From contig JACQPJ010000016.1 of assembly GCA_016207605.1 (NCBI GenBank), positions 2,452 through 66,451 of the forward strand: 64,000 nucleotides of DNA, given 5' to 3'. Below, in pieces: positions 9,666 through 19,852 of this stretch. The position numbers and the translations under genes were made by a program. The DNA is from Elusimicrobiota bacterium (lineage in GTDB: Bacteria > Elusimicrobiota > Elusimicrobia > UBA1565 > UBA9628). How positions within the stretch are numbered: position 1 is the stretch's first letter; every line of letters starts with the position of its first letter. Below the pieces are notes generated by a model, which did no database searches, was not told the DNA's origin, and worked only from the letters and a program-made list of their open reading frames with translations.

Positions 9666-10958
9666 TCAGGCCGCGATGAGCGCGCGGGCTTCGTCCAGGG
9701 AGACGGCCCGCTCCTCGCCGGTCCTGAGGTTCTTGAGCTGGAGGACGCCGCGCGCGGCCTCGTCGGGGCCGATGGCGACCGCCCAGGACGCCTTCTTTTG
9801 ATCGGCGTATTTGAATTGGGCCTTGAGCTTGGCCATGCCCGGGAACACGTCGGCGACCAGGCCTTGGGCGCGCAGGGCCGCGCCGATCTCGATGGAGCGG
9901 GGGCGCAGAGAGTCGTCGAAGACGGTGACCACGACGTCCGGGGAGCCGGGGTCCTCGGCGTCGTTTTTTTCTTCCAATAAAAGCAGCAGGCGCTCGAAGC
10001 CGATGGAGGCGCCGCAGGCCGGTACGGGCGGGCCGCCGAAGACCGCCGTGAGGCGGTCGTAGCGTCCGCCGCCGCCCAGCGAGCCGGAGAGCGAGGGATG
10101 GCGGAACTCAAAGACCGGGCCGGTGTAGTAGCCCAGGCCGCGCATGAGGTGGGGCGACAGGCGTAGCCGCGCGTCGGGCGCGACGGCTTGGACCGCGCTC
10201 TCGATGCGGCGCAGGGCCGAGACTTCCGCCGGGCCCAGGGCCTCGTAGGCCGCGCCGGCCTCTTCGCTCATCAAGGTCTTCTCGACCGCGGCGGCGGGAC
10301 CGGCGCCCAGCTCGGCGGAAAGTTCCGTCAGGATTTGAGAGCGCTCCAGCTTGTCGAGCTTGTCGAGGATCACGCAGGCCGCGTCGCGCTTCTCCGGAGG
10401 GACCTGCGCGGTCTCCAGCGCGCGCTCGACGAGGCGGCGATCGTTCAAATGGACCTCGATGCCGGAGAGCCCGAACTCGCTGAAGACCGCCAGGATCGCT
10501 AGGATGATCTCGACCTCCGCGCCCCAGGAGTCCGCGCCGACGATGTCGGCGTCGCACTGCCAGAACTCGCGGTAGCGGCCTTTCTGCGCGCGCTCGGCGC
10601 GCCACACGGGGCCCAGGTGGTAGGCCTTGAACGGATGCGGAAGCTGGGAGCCGTGCCGCGCGTAATAGCGCGCCAGCGGCAAGGTGAGGTCGAAGCGCAG
10701 ACCCAGGTCGGCGAGCTCGCCGTTCTCGGCCCGGGCGCGCTCCAGCGCCTCGCCTCGCCGCATCACCTTGAAGATGAGCTTTTCGTTCTCGCCGCCGCCC
10801 TGGCTCGTGAGCGCCGCCAGGTCCTCGAGCGCGGAGGTCGCGATGGGCTGGTAGCCGAAGGAGCGATAGACGCGCGCGATCGTCTCGGCGGCGCGCTGGC
10901 GCAGGGCGGCCTGGCCGGGCAGGAAATCGCGAAAGCCCGACGGCGGCGTCGAGTTCAT
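9666..10958 (-). CDS. hisS: Histidine--tRNA ligase; start trimmed to MNSTPP.
   Basis: Class II aaRS motifs (FRDFLP, GGGRYD, GFERL) and a C-terminal anticodon-binding domain. Confidence 0.85.
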   Translation of the reverse strand: MNSTPPSGFRDFLPGQAALRQRAAETIARVYRSFGYQPIATSALEDLAALTSQGGGENEKLIFKVMRRGEALERARAENGELADLGLRFDLTLPLARYYARHGSQLPHPFKAYHLGPVWRAERAQKGRYREFWQCDADIVGADSWGAEVEIILAILAVFSEFGLSGIEVHLNDRRLVERALETAQVPPEKRDAACVILDKLDKLERSQILTELSAELGAGPAAAVEKTLMSEEAGAAYEALGPAEVSALRRIESAVQAVAPDARLRLSPHLMRGLGYYTGPVFEFRHPSLSGSLGGGGRYDRLTAVFGGPPVPACGASIGFERLLLLLEEKNDAEDPGSPDVVVTVFDDSLRPRSIEIGAALRAQGLVADVFPGMAKLKAQFKYADQKKASWAVAIGPDEAARGVLQLKNLRTGEERAVSLDEARALIAA

Positions 10959-10992
10959 GCTGGGTAGGGTAGCAAAATCGTAAACTCGCCGA

Positions 10993-13900
10993 ATGGACGG
11001 CGCTTTGACGGTTTTTCGCGGGCCGTTCGAGGCGCTCGAGGAGGCCTTCGCCGCGCGCGCCGCGGAGCTGCGTCCCGGGCCGGGCGAGGCGCCCCTGCTC
11101 GTGGTCGCGCCCTCGCGCGTCCTGGCCGACCGCCTGGAGCGCCTGCTCGCCGTCGAGAAGGGCCTGCCCCTGCTGGGCGCGCACTTCCACACCTTTCGCT
11201 CCCTGGCCGCCTGGCTTTTAGAAGAGGGGGGGCCGTTCGACGGCACGGTCGTCTCCGATCCGCTTTTTCACGACGCGGTCGTCGAGCAGGTCTTGGACGC
11301 GGCGCCGGGCCTGGACCCCGCGGGCGGCGACCGGCCCCGCGGGTTCGCGTCCGCCGTGCGCGCAAGCCTGCGCGACTTGGCCGACGCGGGCGTGGAGCCC
11401 GCCGCGCTCGAGGAGCACTTCGGCGGCGAGCTGCTGCGCGACCCCGCGGAGCGCGCCCGGCTCAAGACCATGCTCGCCCTGCTCTCGGCCTACGAGGCGC
11501 GCCTGGCGGCGTTGGGCGTTCGGACGCCCTCGGCGCTCGTGCGGCGCGCGGCGGAGCTGGCGGCGGGCTCGGAGAGGCTCTCGGCTTTCCGCGAGATATT
11601 TTATTACGGCTTCTACGATCTCACCGGCCTTCAGCTGGAGTTTTTCGAGGCCGTGACGGCGGGCCGCGCGTCCCGCCTCTATTTTCCTTATCGCAAGGAT
11701 CATCCCGCCTTCCGCTTCGCCGACGATTTCTTCGCGCAGAAGCTCGCGGCCCATAGCGTCGCCGATCTTGACCGCCCCGGCGGCGCCGCAACGGCGCTGG
11801 GCGCCGCGCTCGACGCGCTCTTCGACCCGGCCGCGCCGCCGGCGTCGCCGGCGCCGGGCCGCGTCGCGCTCGTCTCCGCCTCGGGGGCTCGCGGCGAGGC
11901 CTGGGCCGCGGCCAAGGAGGCCGTGCGGCTGGCCGAGGAGGGCATCCCCTATGCCGAGATCGCGGTCGTGGCTCGCGTGCTGGAGCCCTACCGCGCGCCG
12001 CTCGCCGAGGCCTTCGCGGCCGAGGGCGTCCCTCTCGATCTCGGCGGCGAGCCGGTCCTGCGCCGGCCGCTGGCCCGGGCCGCGCTCGACCTGCTGACCT
12101 TGCGCCGCGCGGATTTTCCGGCCGCGACCATCGCGGACCTGGCCGCCTCGCCGTATTTCGCCGGCGCGGCGTCCGGCCGCGCCGCGCTGTGGCGCCGGCT
12201 GATCTCGGGCGTGGGAATCCGCGCGGGCTGGCTGCAGTGGCGCGGCAAGCTCGAGCCGCGCCTGGGCGGCCCGGTCGAGCTTCTGCCCCATCGCGTGCGC
12301 GAGGGCCTGCCCGGTTTCGCGGTCCCGGCCGAGGACGCGGCGGCGCTTTGGACGTTCGTTTCGGACTTGCGCGAGCTCCTGGTAGGCCCGCCCGCCGCCT
12401 GGTCGGCGCGCGCGGCCCAAGCGCGTGCGATCGTCGAGGCGAACCTGCGCCTGCCGTTCGACGCGGACGCCGCCGAGCGCGGCGCCTGGGACGCGGTCCT
12501 AGGCGCCCTGGACGAACTCTCGCTCTTCGACCGGCTCGGCGCGCCCTGCGCGTGGCCGGACTTCCTCGACGCCTTCGAGCTCAAGCTCTCCCGCGCCGTC
12601 TTGAAGGGCGGCGCGCCGGCCTTGGGCGTGCGCGCCCTCGACGCGATGGACGCCCGCGGCCAGCGCTTCCGCGCCGTGGTCCTCCTCGGCCTCAAGGAAA
12701 AGCTCTTTCCCCGCGTCGTCCAGGAGGACCCGCTCCTGCGCGACGTCGCGCGCGCGGCCCTGCGCCACCCGGCCGGCTACTGGATCGGGCGCAAGGCCTC
12801 CGGCCACGAGGAGGAGCGCCTGCTCTTCTACCTCGCCGCGGCGTCGGCGCGCGAGCGGCTGACGCTGATCTACCCGCGCTCCGACGAGGAGGGCCGCGCC
12901 GAGGTCCCCTCGACCTACCTGCGCGAGCTTTGCCGCGCCGCCGGCCTGCCGCCGCCCGGCGAGGCCGGCGGCCTGCGCGTGCCCCGCCCGCCCGCGGGAC
13001 GCCTGCGCTCGGTCGCGCCGGAGCTGCGCACGCCGCGGGAGGCGGTCCTGCTGGCCGCGCTCGACGGCGGCGCGCCCGATCCCGCGCTGGAGGCGGCCGG
13101 CGTGCCCGCGGCGCGCCTGGCGGAGGGCTTCCGTCTCGCGGCCGCGCTCAACGCGCGCGGAGCCCCGGGGCCCTACGACGGGATGGTCCGCCCGCCCGCG
13201 GCCGAGCTGGCCGCCTGGCGCGCCTCCGGCCTCTCGCCGACCGCCCTCGACCAGTACGAGCGCTGCCCCTTCCAGTTCTTCGCCGAGCGCGTCCTGGGCC
13301 TGGGCAAGCGCGAGGAGGGCTCCGAGCGCGGCGAACTGGCCTCGCGCGAGCGCGGCCGGGTCTATCACGCCGCGCTCGAGAGGTTTTACGCGTCTTTGAA
13401 CGAAGCGGTTTGGGACGGCCGCGAGCCGTGGCCGCCGCGGCTGGAGGCGGCGCTTGCGGCTGTCTTCGCGGAGAACGACTGGCGCGCCCTCGGCCTCTAT
13501 CCCCTGCTCTGGGAGGCGGCGCGCGACGCCATGTCGGACCATCTGCGCGCCTTCGTGGTCTGGGACTTTGAGCGCCTAAAGGGCGGGAGCCTGAGGCCGC
13601 GGCTCTTCGAGAAGGAGCTGCGGGGACGGCTGGAGGAAGCCCCGCTCGGCGTGCCTTGGAAGGGCGTGGCCGACCGTCTCGACCTCGACGAGGCGGGGAA
13701 GCGCTTCCGCGTGTCCGACTACAAGACGCGTGCCTCGGTCCGCTGGGGCAAGGACCTGATCCAGGCCGGCGTCGAGGGCCGCGTCCACCAGCTTCCCATG
13801 TACGTCCTGCTCGCCGGAGAGGAATTGGGCGCCGACTGGAGTTTTGCGGAGGGGGAGCTCCTGTTCCTGGAGGCGGACGACGACGCCAAGCGCCGCCTCG

Positions 13901-14112
13901 CCTTCTCGGCCGAAGCTTGGATGCCGCAAAAGGAGGCGTTCCTGAAGGCGCTGGCCGTCCGCCTGGAGGCCGCCGCGGACGGACGCTTCCCCATCCGTCC
14001 CGACGAGCGCGAAGGCGGCCACTGCTCCTGGTGCGACTTCACGACCGTGTGCCGCAAATCCCACGGGCCCTCCCGCGCCCGCGCGGCGCGTTTGGCGCCG
14101 GAGGAGGCTTGA
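10993..14112 (+). CDS. addB: AddB-like helicase-nuclease subunit (inactive helicase-like fold with a C-terminal PD-(D/E)XK nuclease and Cys cluster).
   Basis: About 1040 aa; C-terminal DYKT nuclease motif and a C..CxxC cluster (CSWCDFTTVC); stop overlaps the addA start (ATGA). Confidence 0.65.
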   Translation: MDGALTVFRGPFEALEEAFAARAAELRPGPGEAPLLVVAPSRVLADRLERLLAVEKGLPLLGAHFHTFRSLAAWLLEEGGPFDGTVVSDPLFHDAVVEQVLDAAPGLDPAGGDRPRGFASAVRASLRDLADAGVEPAALEEHFGGELLRDPAERARLKTMLALLSAYEARLAALGVRTPSALVRRAAELAAGSERLSAFREIFYYGFYDLTGLQLEFFEAVTAGRASRLYFPYRKDHPAFRFADDFFAQKLAAHSVADLDRPGGAATALGAALDALFDPAAPPASPAPGRVALVSASGARGEAWAAAKEAVRLAEEGIPYAEIAVVARVLEPYRAPLAEAFAAEGVPLDLGGEPVLRRPLARAALDLLTLRRADFPAATIADLAASPYFAGAASGRAALWRRLISGVGIRAGWLQWRGKLEPRLGGPVELLPHRVREGLPGFAVPAEDAAALWTFVSDLRELLVGPPAAWSARAAQARAIVEANLRLPFDADAAERGAWDAVLGALDELSLFDRLGAPCAWPDFLDAFELKLSRAVLKGGAPALGVRALDAMDARGQRFRAVVLLGLKEKLFPRVVQEDPLLRDVARAALRHPAGYWIGRKASGHEEERLLFYLAAASARERLTLIYPRSDEEGRAEVPSTYLRELCRAAGLPPPGEAGGLRVPRPPAGRLRSVAPELRTPREAVLLAALDGGAPDPALEAAGVPAARLAEGFRLAAALNARGAPGPYDGMVRPPAAELAAWRASGLSPTALDQYERCPFQFFAERVLGLGKREEGSERGELASRERGRVYHAALERFYASLNEAVWDGREPWPPRLEAALAAVFAENDWRALGLYPLLWEAARDAMSDHLRAFVVWDFERLKGGSLRPRLFEKELRGRLEEAPLGVPWKGVADRLDLDEAGKRFRVSDYKTRASVRWGKDLIQAGVEGRVHQLPMYVLLAGEELGADWSFAEGELLFLEADDDAKRRLAFSAEAWMPQKEAFLKALAVRLEAAADGRFPIRPDEREGGHCSWCDFTTVCRKSHGPSRARAARLAPEEA

Positions 14113-17100
14113 TGGAGCCGCGCTCCCCGGCCGCCGCCTCGGATCAAGACGAGCGCGACCGCGCGCGCCTGCGCCTCGACGCCTGCGTCGTGGTCGAGGC
14201 CGGGGCCGGCACGGGCAAGACCACGCTGCTCGCCGACCGCATCCTGTTTCGCGTCCTGGCCTGGGACCGTCCGCGCCCCGCACGCATCGAGGAAGTCGTG
14301 GCCCTGACCTTCACGGAGAAGGCCGCGGGCGAGATCCGCCTGCGCCTCTCCGACCGCCTCGCGGAGCTGGCCGCGCGGCTTGCCGGCGCGCCGCTGTCCG
14401 AGGCGGCGGCCGGCCGCGCGGACCTCCTGCTGGGGGAGCTGCGTGGTCCTTTCGGCAAGGGCGACGCCGAGCTTCTGGCCCGCGCCCGCGCCGCGCTCGA
14501 GGACCTGGACAAGGCGCCCATCGGCACCATCCACTCCTTCTGCGCCCAGCTCCTGCGCCTGCATCCCGTCGAGGCGGGCATGGACCCGGGCTTCCGGGTG
14601 GACGAGGGCGACGCCTTCGACGAGCTCTTCGCCGCGGAGTGGGCCGCCTGGCTCGACGATGAGCTGGGGGAACGCCCGCCGCGGCGGTCGGCGTGGCTGG
14701 AGCTGCTTGCCTTGGCGAAACTCGACGAGATCGAGGCTCTGGCGCGCGCGCTTTGCTCCGAGCGCCTCGATCCCGCCGAGCTGGGGCGCCCCGACCCGGA
14801 GGCCGCGGCGGCTCTGCGCGCGCTCGGCCGCGCGGCGGCGGCCCTGCCGGAAGGCCGTCCCCAGCCGCATGGTTCCTCCCGGATCGTTCCCGTCTTGGGA
14901 GCCTGCCGCGCCCGCCTGGAGGCCGCGGCGGACGCCGCGGCGGCCGAGGACCCGGCGCTTGACGCGTCCGAGCCGCCCGTGCCGGGCAAGTCGGCGTGGC
15001 CCAAGGCCTGGGGCGAGGATGCGGCGGGCACGGCCCTGCACGAGCGCGCGCTCGCCGCGGCGGCCGCGGCCTCACCGCGGGGGGAGGCCGCCGCGCGCCG
15101 CGCCGCGCGCCTGCTGCGGCCCTTCGCGGAGCGCTTCCGCCGGGAGTACGCGCGGCGGGGCTGGATCTCCTTCGATGGCCTCCTGCGCCGCGCTCGCGAC
15201 TTGATGCGCGACCATCCCGCCGCCCGCGCCGACCTGCAGGCCCGCTGCGCCGCGATCCTGGTCGACGAGTTCCAGGACACCGATCCCTTGCAGGGCGAGC
15301 TCCTTCTCTTTTTATCCGAGCGTCCGGGCGCCGGCGCGCGGGATTGGCGCAAGCTCGAGCCCGAGCCGGGACGCCTCTTCGTCGTCGGCGACCCCAAGCA
15401 GTCCATCTACCGCTTCCGCGGCGCCGACATCGCCGCCTACGAGGGCTTCACCGCCCGCCTGCGCGAGCGCGGCGCACTGTCCTGCGGCCTGAGCGCCAAC
15501 TTCCGCTCGGTCCCGGGCGTGGTCGAGGCGGTCAACGCGGCCTTCGCGAGCGCCATGCGCCCGGAGCCCGAGGTCCAGCCCGCCTACCGCCCCATCCGCG
15601 CCGCGCGGCCCGCCGCGTCCGGCCCGGCCGTCGAGCTCGTCGCCGTCGAGAACTCAGAGGCCTCCGCGGCCGAGGTGCAGCGGACCGAGGCGGCGTGGCT
15701 GGCGCGCTGGATCCTGGACCATGGCCGCGTGCCGGGCGCGCCGCCCGACGGGAGGCGTCCGCTCAAGGAGATGGCCCTGCTCCTGCGCTCCTCCTCGGCC
15801 CTGCGCCCCTTCCTGGACGCCTTCAAGCGCGCCGGCATCCCCTACGCCGTGGAGATCGAGCGCTTCTTCTACGAGGCGCCCGAGATCGCGGACTTCCTCA
15901 ATCTCCTGCGCGTTCTCGACGAGCCCGGCGACCGCGCGGCGCTGGCCGGGCTCCTGCGCTCGCCCGCGGCCCTCTTGACCGATGACGCGCTGCTCAGTTT
16001 GGCGCGCGCCGACGCCTTCGACTACCGCCGGTCCCTGCCGCCGCGCCTGCTGGCGGCCGCCGAGCGGGGCCGGGCCGAGGCGCTCTATGCGGCCCTGCGG
16101 GACTTGCGCGCGCGCGTGGGGCGCGAGCCGCTCGGCGACTTGGTCGGCGCGGCGCTGGAGCGCACGAACCTCGTCGAGCTCGCCGCGCGCGCCTACCACG
16201 GCCAGCAGACCGTCTCCAATCTTCTCAAGCTTGGCCGTTTAGCCGCGGAAGCTTCGGACGGGCGCGGAACCTCGCTCGCGGAATTTGCCGCGCGCGTGCG
16301 CCAGGCCGCGGCTGACCAGCGCCGCGAGGGCGAGAGCCCGCTGGCCGACGAGAGCCTGGAGGCCGTACGCGTCTTGAGCATCCACAAGGCCAAGGGCCTG
16401 GAGTTTCCCGTGGTCTTCGCGGCCAACCTGTCGGGCCGGCCCGGCGGCGCGTCCGACAAGCCCGCCGTCCGGTTCGCCGGCCTCGGCGGCCGGCCCGCCC
16501 TGCGCCTGGGCGGCCGCGCCTCGGCCGCGGCCGCGCTCGCGGACGTTTTGGAGCGCGGGAAGGAGCGCGCCGAGGCCGTGCGCCTGCTCTACGTCGCGAT
16601 GACCCGCGCCCGCGAGAAATTATTCCTGCTCGGCGGCGCCGAGCCCGCAGCCCATTCGCTGGCCTCTCACCTGGAGGAGGCGGGATTCTGGCCGCTGAGC
16701 GGCCCCGGCATCGCCGCGACGCGCGTCGCGCCGGGCGGCGTCCCCGAGCCGGAGACGTCCGCGGCGCCCGCCGCCGTCCCATCCAAAGCGGAGACCACCG
16801 CCCTGCTGACCGCCTGGGAGCGCCGCAAGGCCCGTCGCGAGCGGGCCACGGTTCCACGCACTCGCGCCGCGACCGGCTATTTGAAGGAAGCTCCGAAGGC
16901 TGCGCCGGTCCCCGAGGAGGAACCCGCTTCTCCGGCTGGCGCCGAGGTCGGCCAGCTCTGCCATCGCGTCCTCCAGGATTGGGATTTCAAGCAAGGCGGC
17001 GATGTTGCGTCCACTGCGTCCCGCGTCCGCGCGGCGCTGGAGCGCCGCGCCCCCGGGCCGCGCTGGGCCGAGGCGGAAATCGAAGCGGCGCGCGTGCTGG

Positions 17101-17402
17101 CGGGCTTTCTCGCCTCGCCGGCCGCCAAGGAGCTCGCCGCCGCCGAGATCCTGGGCCGCGAGGTCCCCTTCGCCTACGCCGACGGCCCCACCGTCGTGCG
17201 CGGCGCCATGGATCTGATCGCCCGCGTCGCCGGGCGCCTCGTCGTCGTGGATTTCAAGAGCGGCCGCGTCGAGGAGGCCTCCGCTGCCTCCGCGCGTGAG
17301 CGCTACGCCGAGCAGGGCCGCCTCTACGCCGAGGCCGTCCGCCGCGCCTGGGGAGAAACCCCGGAGTTCCGCCTGCTCTTCCTGCGCCGTCCCGAACTTT
17401 AG
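14112..17402 (+). CDS. addA: AddA/PcrA-like UvrD-family helicase with C-terminal PD-(D/E)XK nuclease.
   Basis: Walker A GAGTGKTT, UvrD motifs, C-terminal VVDFKSGR nuclease motif; RBS GAGGAGG upstream. Confidence 0.8.
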   Translation: MEPRSPAAASDQDERDRARLRLDACVVVEAGAGTGKTTLLADRILFRVLAWDRPRPARIEEVVALTFTEKAAGEIRLRLSDRLAELAARLAGAPLSEAAAGRADLLLGELRGPFGKGDAELLARARAALEDLDKAPIGTIHSFCAQLLRLHPVEAGMDPGFRVDEGDAFDELFAAEWAAWLDDELGERPPRRSAWLELLALAKLDEIEALARALCSERLDPAELGRPDPEAAAALRALGRAAAALPEGRPQPHGSSRIVPVLGACRARLEAAADAAAAEDPALDASEPPVPGKSAWPKAWGEDAAGTALHERALAAAAAASPRGEAAARRAARLLRPFAERFRREYARRGWISFDGLLRRARDLMRDHPAARADLQARCAAILVDEFQDTDPLQGELLLFLSERPGAGARDWRKLEPEPGRLFVVGDPKQSIYRFRGADIAAYEGFTARLRERGALSCGLSANFRSVPGVVEAVNAAFASAMRPEPEVQPAYRPIRAARPAASGPAVELVAVENSEASAAEVQRTEAAWLARWILDHGRVPGAPPDGRRPLKEMALLLRSSSALRPFLDAFKRAGIPYAVEIERFFYEAPEIADFLNLLRVLDEPGDRAALAGLLRSPAALLTDDALLSLARADAFDYRRSLPPRLLAAAERGRAEALYAALRDLRARVGREPLGDLVGAALERTNLVELAARAYHGQQTVSNLLKLGRLAAEASDGRGTSLAEFAARVRQAAADQRREGESPLADESLEAVRVLSIHKAKGLEFPVVFAANLSGRPGGASDKPAVRFAGLGGRPALRLGGRASAAAALADVLERGKERAEAVRLLYVAMTRAREKLFLLGGAEPAAHSLASHLEEAGFWPLSGPGIAATRVAPGGVPEPETSAAPAAVPSKAETTALLTAWERRKARRERATVPRTRAATGYLKEAPKAAPVPEEEPASPAGAEVGQLCHRVLQDWDFKQGGDVASTASRVRAALERRAPGPRWAEAEIEAARVLAGFLASPAAKELAAAEILGREVPFAYADGPTVVRGAMDLIARVAGRLVVVDFKSGRVEEASAASARERYAEQGRLYAEAVRRAWGETPEFRLLFLRRPEL

Positions 17403-17404
17403 AA

Positions 17405-18010
17405 ATGAGCTTTTTCCTGCGCGGCGTCGTGATCGGCTTCTCGATCGCCGCTCCGGTCGGACCGATCGGGTTGCTCTGCATACACCGGACTTTAGCCCAT
17501 GGCCGAGCCAGCGGATTCATGTCGGGGCTTGGCGCCGCCACGGCCGACGCGCTCTATGGAGCGGTCGCCGCTTTCGGCTTGACCATCGTCGCGCAAGCTT
17601 TGGCCGCGCATCAATTTTGGCTTCGAGCTGCCGGAGGCGTTTTTTTGTGCGGCCTTGGCGTCAAAACATTCATGTCCCGGCTGGCGGAGGGGCCGACTCG
17701 CGCGAATGGGAACGGATTGGCTGCGGCTTATGCTTCGACGCTTTTCTTGACCCTTACGAATCCCGCGACCATCTTGTCCTTCGCCGCGGTGTTCGCTGGC
17801 TTCGGATTAGGAACCGGCGGGGAAAGTCCTTCGTCGGCCGCGGCCATGGTGTCGGGGGTGTTTCTTGGTTCCGCTTTGTGGTGGCTGCTCTTGAGCGGCG
17901 TGGTCGCTCTCTTTCGTGAAAGGCTCGGTTCACGGCTGATATGGGTCAATCGCGCATCCGGAGCGATTCTTCTCGGATTCGGAATTGCGGCCGTCTGGTC
18001 GGTTAAGTAG
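17405..18010 (+). CDS. LysE/RhtB family amino-acid exporter.
   Basis: Six-TM, 200-aa protein with LysE-type N-terminal motifs. Confidence 0.7.
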   Translation: MSFFLRGVVIGFSIAAPVGPIGLLCIHRTLAHGRASGFMSGLGAATADALYGAVAAFGLTIVAQALAAHQFWLRAAGGVFLCGLGVKTFMSRLAEGPTRANGNGLAAAYASTLFLTLTNPATILSFAAVFAGFGLGTGGESPSSAAAMVSGVFLGSALWWLLLSGVVALFRERLGSRLIWVNRASGAILLGFGIAAVWSVK

Positions 18011-18050
18011 TGCAGCGTCCTAAAAACAACTCTTGCTGAATCCGCGTTTT

Positions 18051-18081
18051 TGACGTATACTTCATATTGTCATATACGTCA
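18051..18081. promoter_or_regulatory. Palindrome TGACGTATA-n13-TATACGTCA upstream of the vapB antitoxin gene; candidate toxin-antitoxin operator.
   Basis: Read from the sequence; 9-bp perfect arms immediately 5' of the antitoxin ATG at 18094. Confidence 0.35.
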
Positions 18082-18093
18082 TATGATTGAATC

Positions 18094-18336
18094 ATGCAAA
18101 CGAAATTGACCTTGCGGCTCGAGAAAAACCTCATCTCTCAGGCGAAGTCCTATGCCAAGAAGCGGGGGAAATCCATCTCGCGGATCGTGGCCGACTATTT
18201 CAAGGCGTTGGGAGGGCCGTCAGCCAAATCGCGCGCGGCACTGACGCCGATCGTTTGTTCCTTGAAGGGCAGCCTTCGCGGGGCCAACGTCGTCGCCGAC
18301 GATATGCACCGTCGCTGGGAAGAAAAGCATCTTTGA
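18094..18336 (+). CDS. vapB: Type II antitoxin (ribbon-helix-helix / VapB-like).
   Basis: 80-aa basic protein; stop overlaps the start of the PIN toxin (TTGA). Confidence 0.55.
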   Translation: MQTKLTLRLEKNLISQAKSYAKKRGKSISRIVADYFKALGGPSAKSRAALTPIVCSLKGSLRGANVVADDMHRRWEEKHL

Positions 18337-18755
18337 AGGTCCTCGTCGACACCAACGTCGTGCTGGATCTTCTGCTGGACCGGGAGCCATTTTCCGACTC
18401 CGCCGCCAGGTTGTTTTCCCTGATCGAGGAAGGGCGCGTGACGGGATATCTATGCGCCACGACTCTGACGACGATCCACTATTTGGCGGGGAAAGTCCTG
18501 GGACGCTCCAAAGCTCGCGACGAAGTGCGCAAATGTTTGTCTTTTCTGGAAGTCGCCGCCGTGACCCGGCCGGTCCTGGAAAACGCTCTCAACTCCAATC
18601 TGCAGGATTTTGAGGATGCGGTTCTTTGCGAGGCCGCGCGCGAGATCGGCGCCGAGGCGATCGTGACCAGGAATAAGGTTGATTTCAAAAAAGCCCCTTT
18701 GCCGACGCATACGCCGCAGGAATTTCTTTTGCTGCTGGACCCGCATTTCTCGTGA
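18333..18755 (+). CDS. vapC: PIN-domain toxin (VapC-like), TTG start.
   Basis: PIN acidic residues (VLVDTNVVLD ... DFEDA ... TRN); 4-nt overlap with the antitoxin. Confidence 0.7.
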   Translation: MKVLVDTNVVLDLLLDREPFSDSAARLFSLIEEGRVTGYLCATTLTTIHYLAGKVLGRSKARDEVRKCLSFLEVAAVTRPVLENALNSNLQDFEDAVLCEAAREIGAEAIVTRNKVDFKKAPLPTHTPQEFLLLLDPHFS

Positions 18756-18765
18756 GACCGGCCGC

Positions 18766-19548
18766 TTAGACGCGGCGGAAGATCGGGCGCACCCAGCGTT
18801 CGTAGCTGGCCTCGGACAGCCCATAGAGCGCGTAGCCGACGAGGTAGGCGGCGAGCACGTCCACGGTGTAGTGGTTGCGCGAGAGGAGCACGCAGGCGCC
18901 CATCAGCACCGAGCCCCCGAGCATGAGGCTCTTGAGGCCGCGCGAGTGAAAGAATAAATAGAACAGGAACGGGATCGTGGTGTGGCCGGAGAAGATGAAC
19001 TCGTTGGTGAAGGTCCAGGTCCCGAGCAGGCGGGAGAAGATGAGGTCGTGGAGGCGCATGTCCACCATGTCGGCGGGATGGCCGATGGGCGAAAGGAAGA
19101 CGAAGGCCGCGCGCACGGCGGTGTAGACGGTCAGGACGTAGAGCAGAAAGGGCACGCGCTTGGGGTAGTAGGCCACGGCCGCACCCACGGCGTAGAGGTG
19201 CAGGCCGAACCAGCCCCAGGACAGGACCGGCACGGTGTTGACGACGGGCAGGCGGCGCAGGAGCCAATCACTGCCCACGGGCAGCGCGCGCTGGTCGGCC
19301 ACCCAGCCCAACTTGGTGTAGAGCGCGTAGGAAAGCGTGAAGAGCGCCAGCAGGCCCGCGAGCGTGCCCACCCACCACTTGTAGTGGACGTCGTGCCACT
19401 CGTCGGCGATCTCGGCCAGCTCGCGCCGCGCGATGGGGGGGAGGCGGCGGCGCAGGTCGCCCAACTCGCGCGCGGAGTCGGTCATGCGCTCCTCCAGCGC
19501 GCGGAGACGCTCGTCGAGCTGTTCCCGATCGGCTGGAGCCATGGTCAT
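18766..19548 (-). CDS. PAP2_C / sphingomyelin-synthase-like membrane phosphotransferase.
   Basis: Multi-TM protein with SGHT and HYTxDV motifs diagnostic of the SMS/PAP2_C family. Confidence 0.55.
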   Translation of the reverse strand: MTMAPADREQLDERLRALEERMTDSARELGDLRRRLPPIARRELAEIADEWHDVHYKWWVGTLAGLLALFTLSYALYTKLGWVADQRALPVGSDWLLRRLPVVNTVPVLSWGWFGLHLYAVGAAVAYYPKRVPFLLYVLTVYTAVRAAFVFLSPIGHPADMVDMRLHDLIFSRLLGTWTFTNEFIFSGHTTIPFLFYLFFHSRGLKSLMLGGSVLMGACVLLSRNHYTVDVLAAYLVGYALYGLSEASYERWVRPIFRRV

Positions 19549-19838
19549 TCCGTGAGCTTTTTAAGCAGCGCGAGCGCGTTCGCGGGCGTCACGCCCGAAA
19601 ACCATTCGTTGTCGGGGTGAAGAAAGACGTTGGGGCCCTGCTCGCAGAGGTCGAGGCAGCCGGAGCGGGCCACGCGCACGCGGCCCTGGAGGCCGGCGGC
19701 CTTGACGCCGTCCTTGAGCGCGGCGAGCACCTCCGGGCCGCCGCGCCCCGGGTTGCCGCAGGCGACGCGGCCGTCCGCCCGCGCGTGCACGCACACAAAC
19801 GCCGTCTTGCGATACGGGATGGGGGCGCAGTCCATCAT
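19545..19838 (-). CDS. Thioredoxin-like [2Fe-2S] ferredoxin.
   Basis: Cys pattern C..C...C..C in about 97 aa, typical of the thioredoxin-like ferredoxin family; ATGA overlap with the downstream gene. Confidence 0.6.
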   Translation of the reverse strand: MMDCAPIPYRKTAFVCVHARADGRVACGNPGRGGPEVLAALKDGVKAAGLQGRVRVARSGCLDLCEQGPNVFLHPDNEWFSGVTPANALALLKKLTE

Positions 19839-19852
19839 CTTCCTTGGGGACC

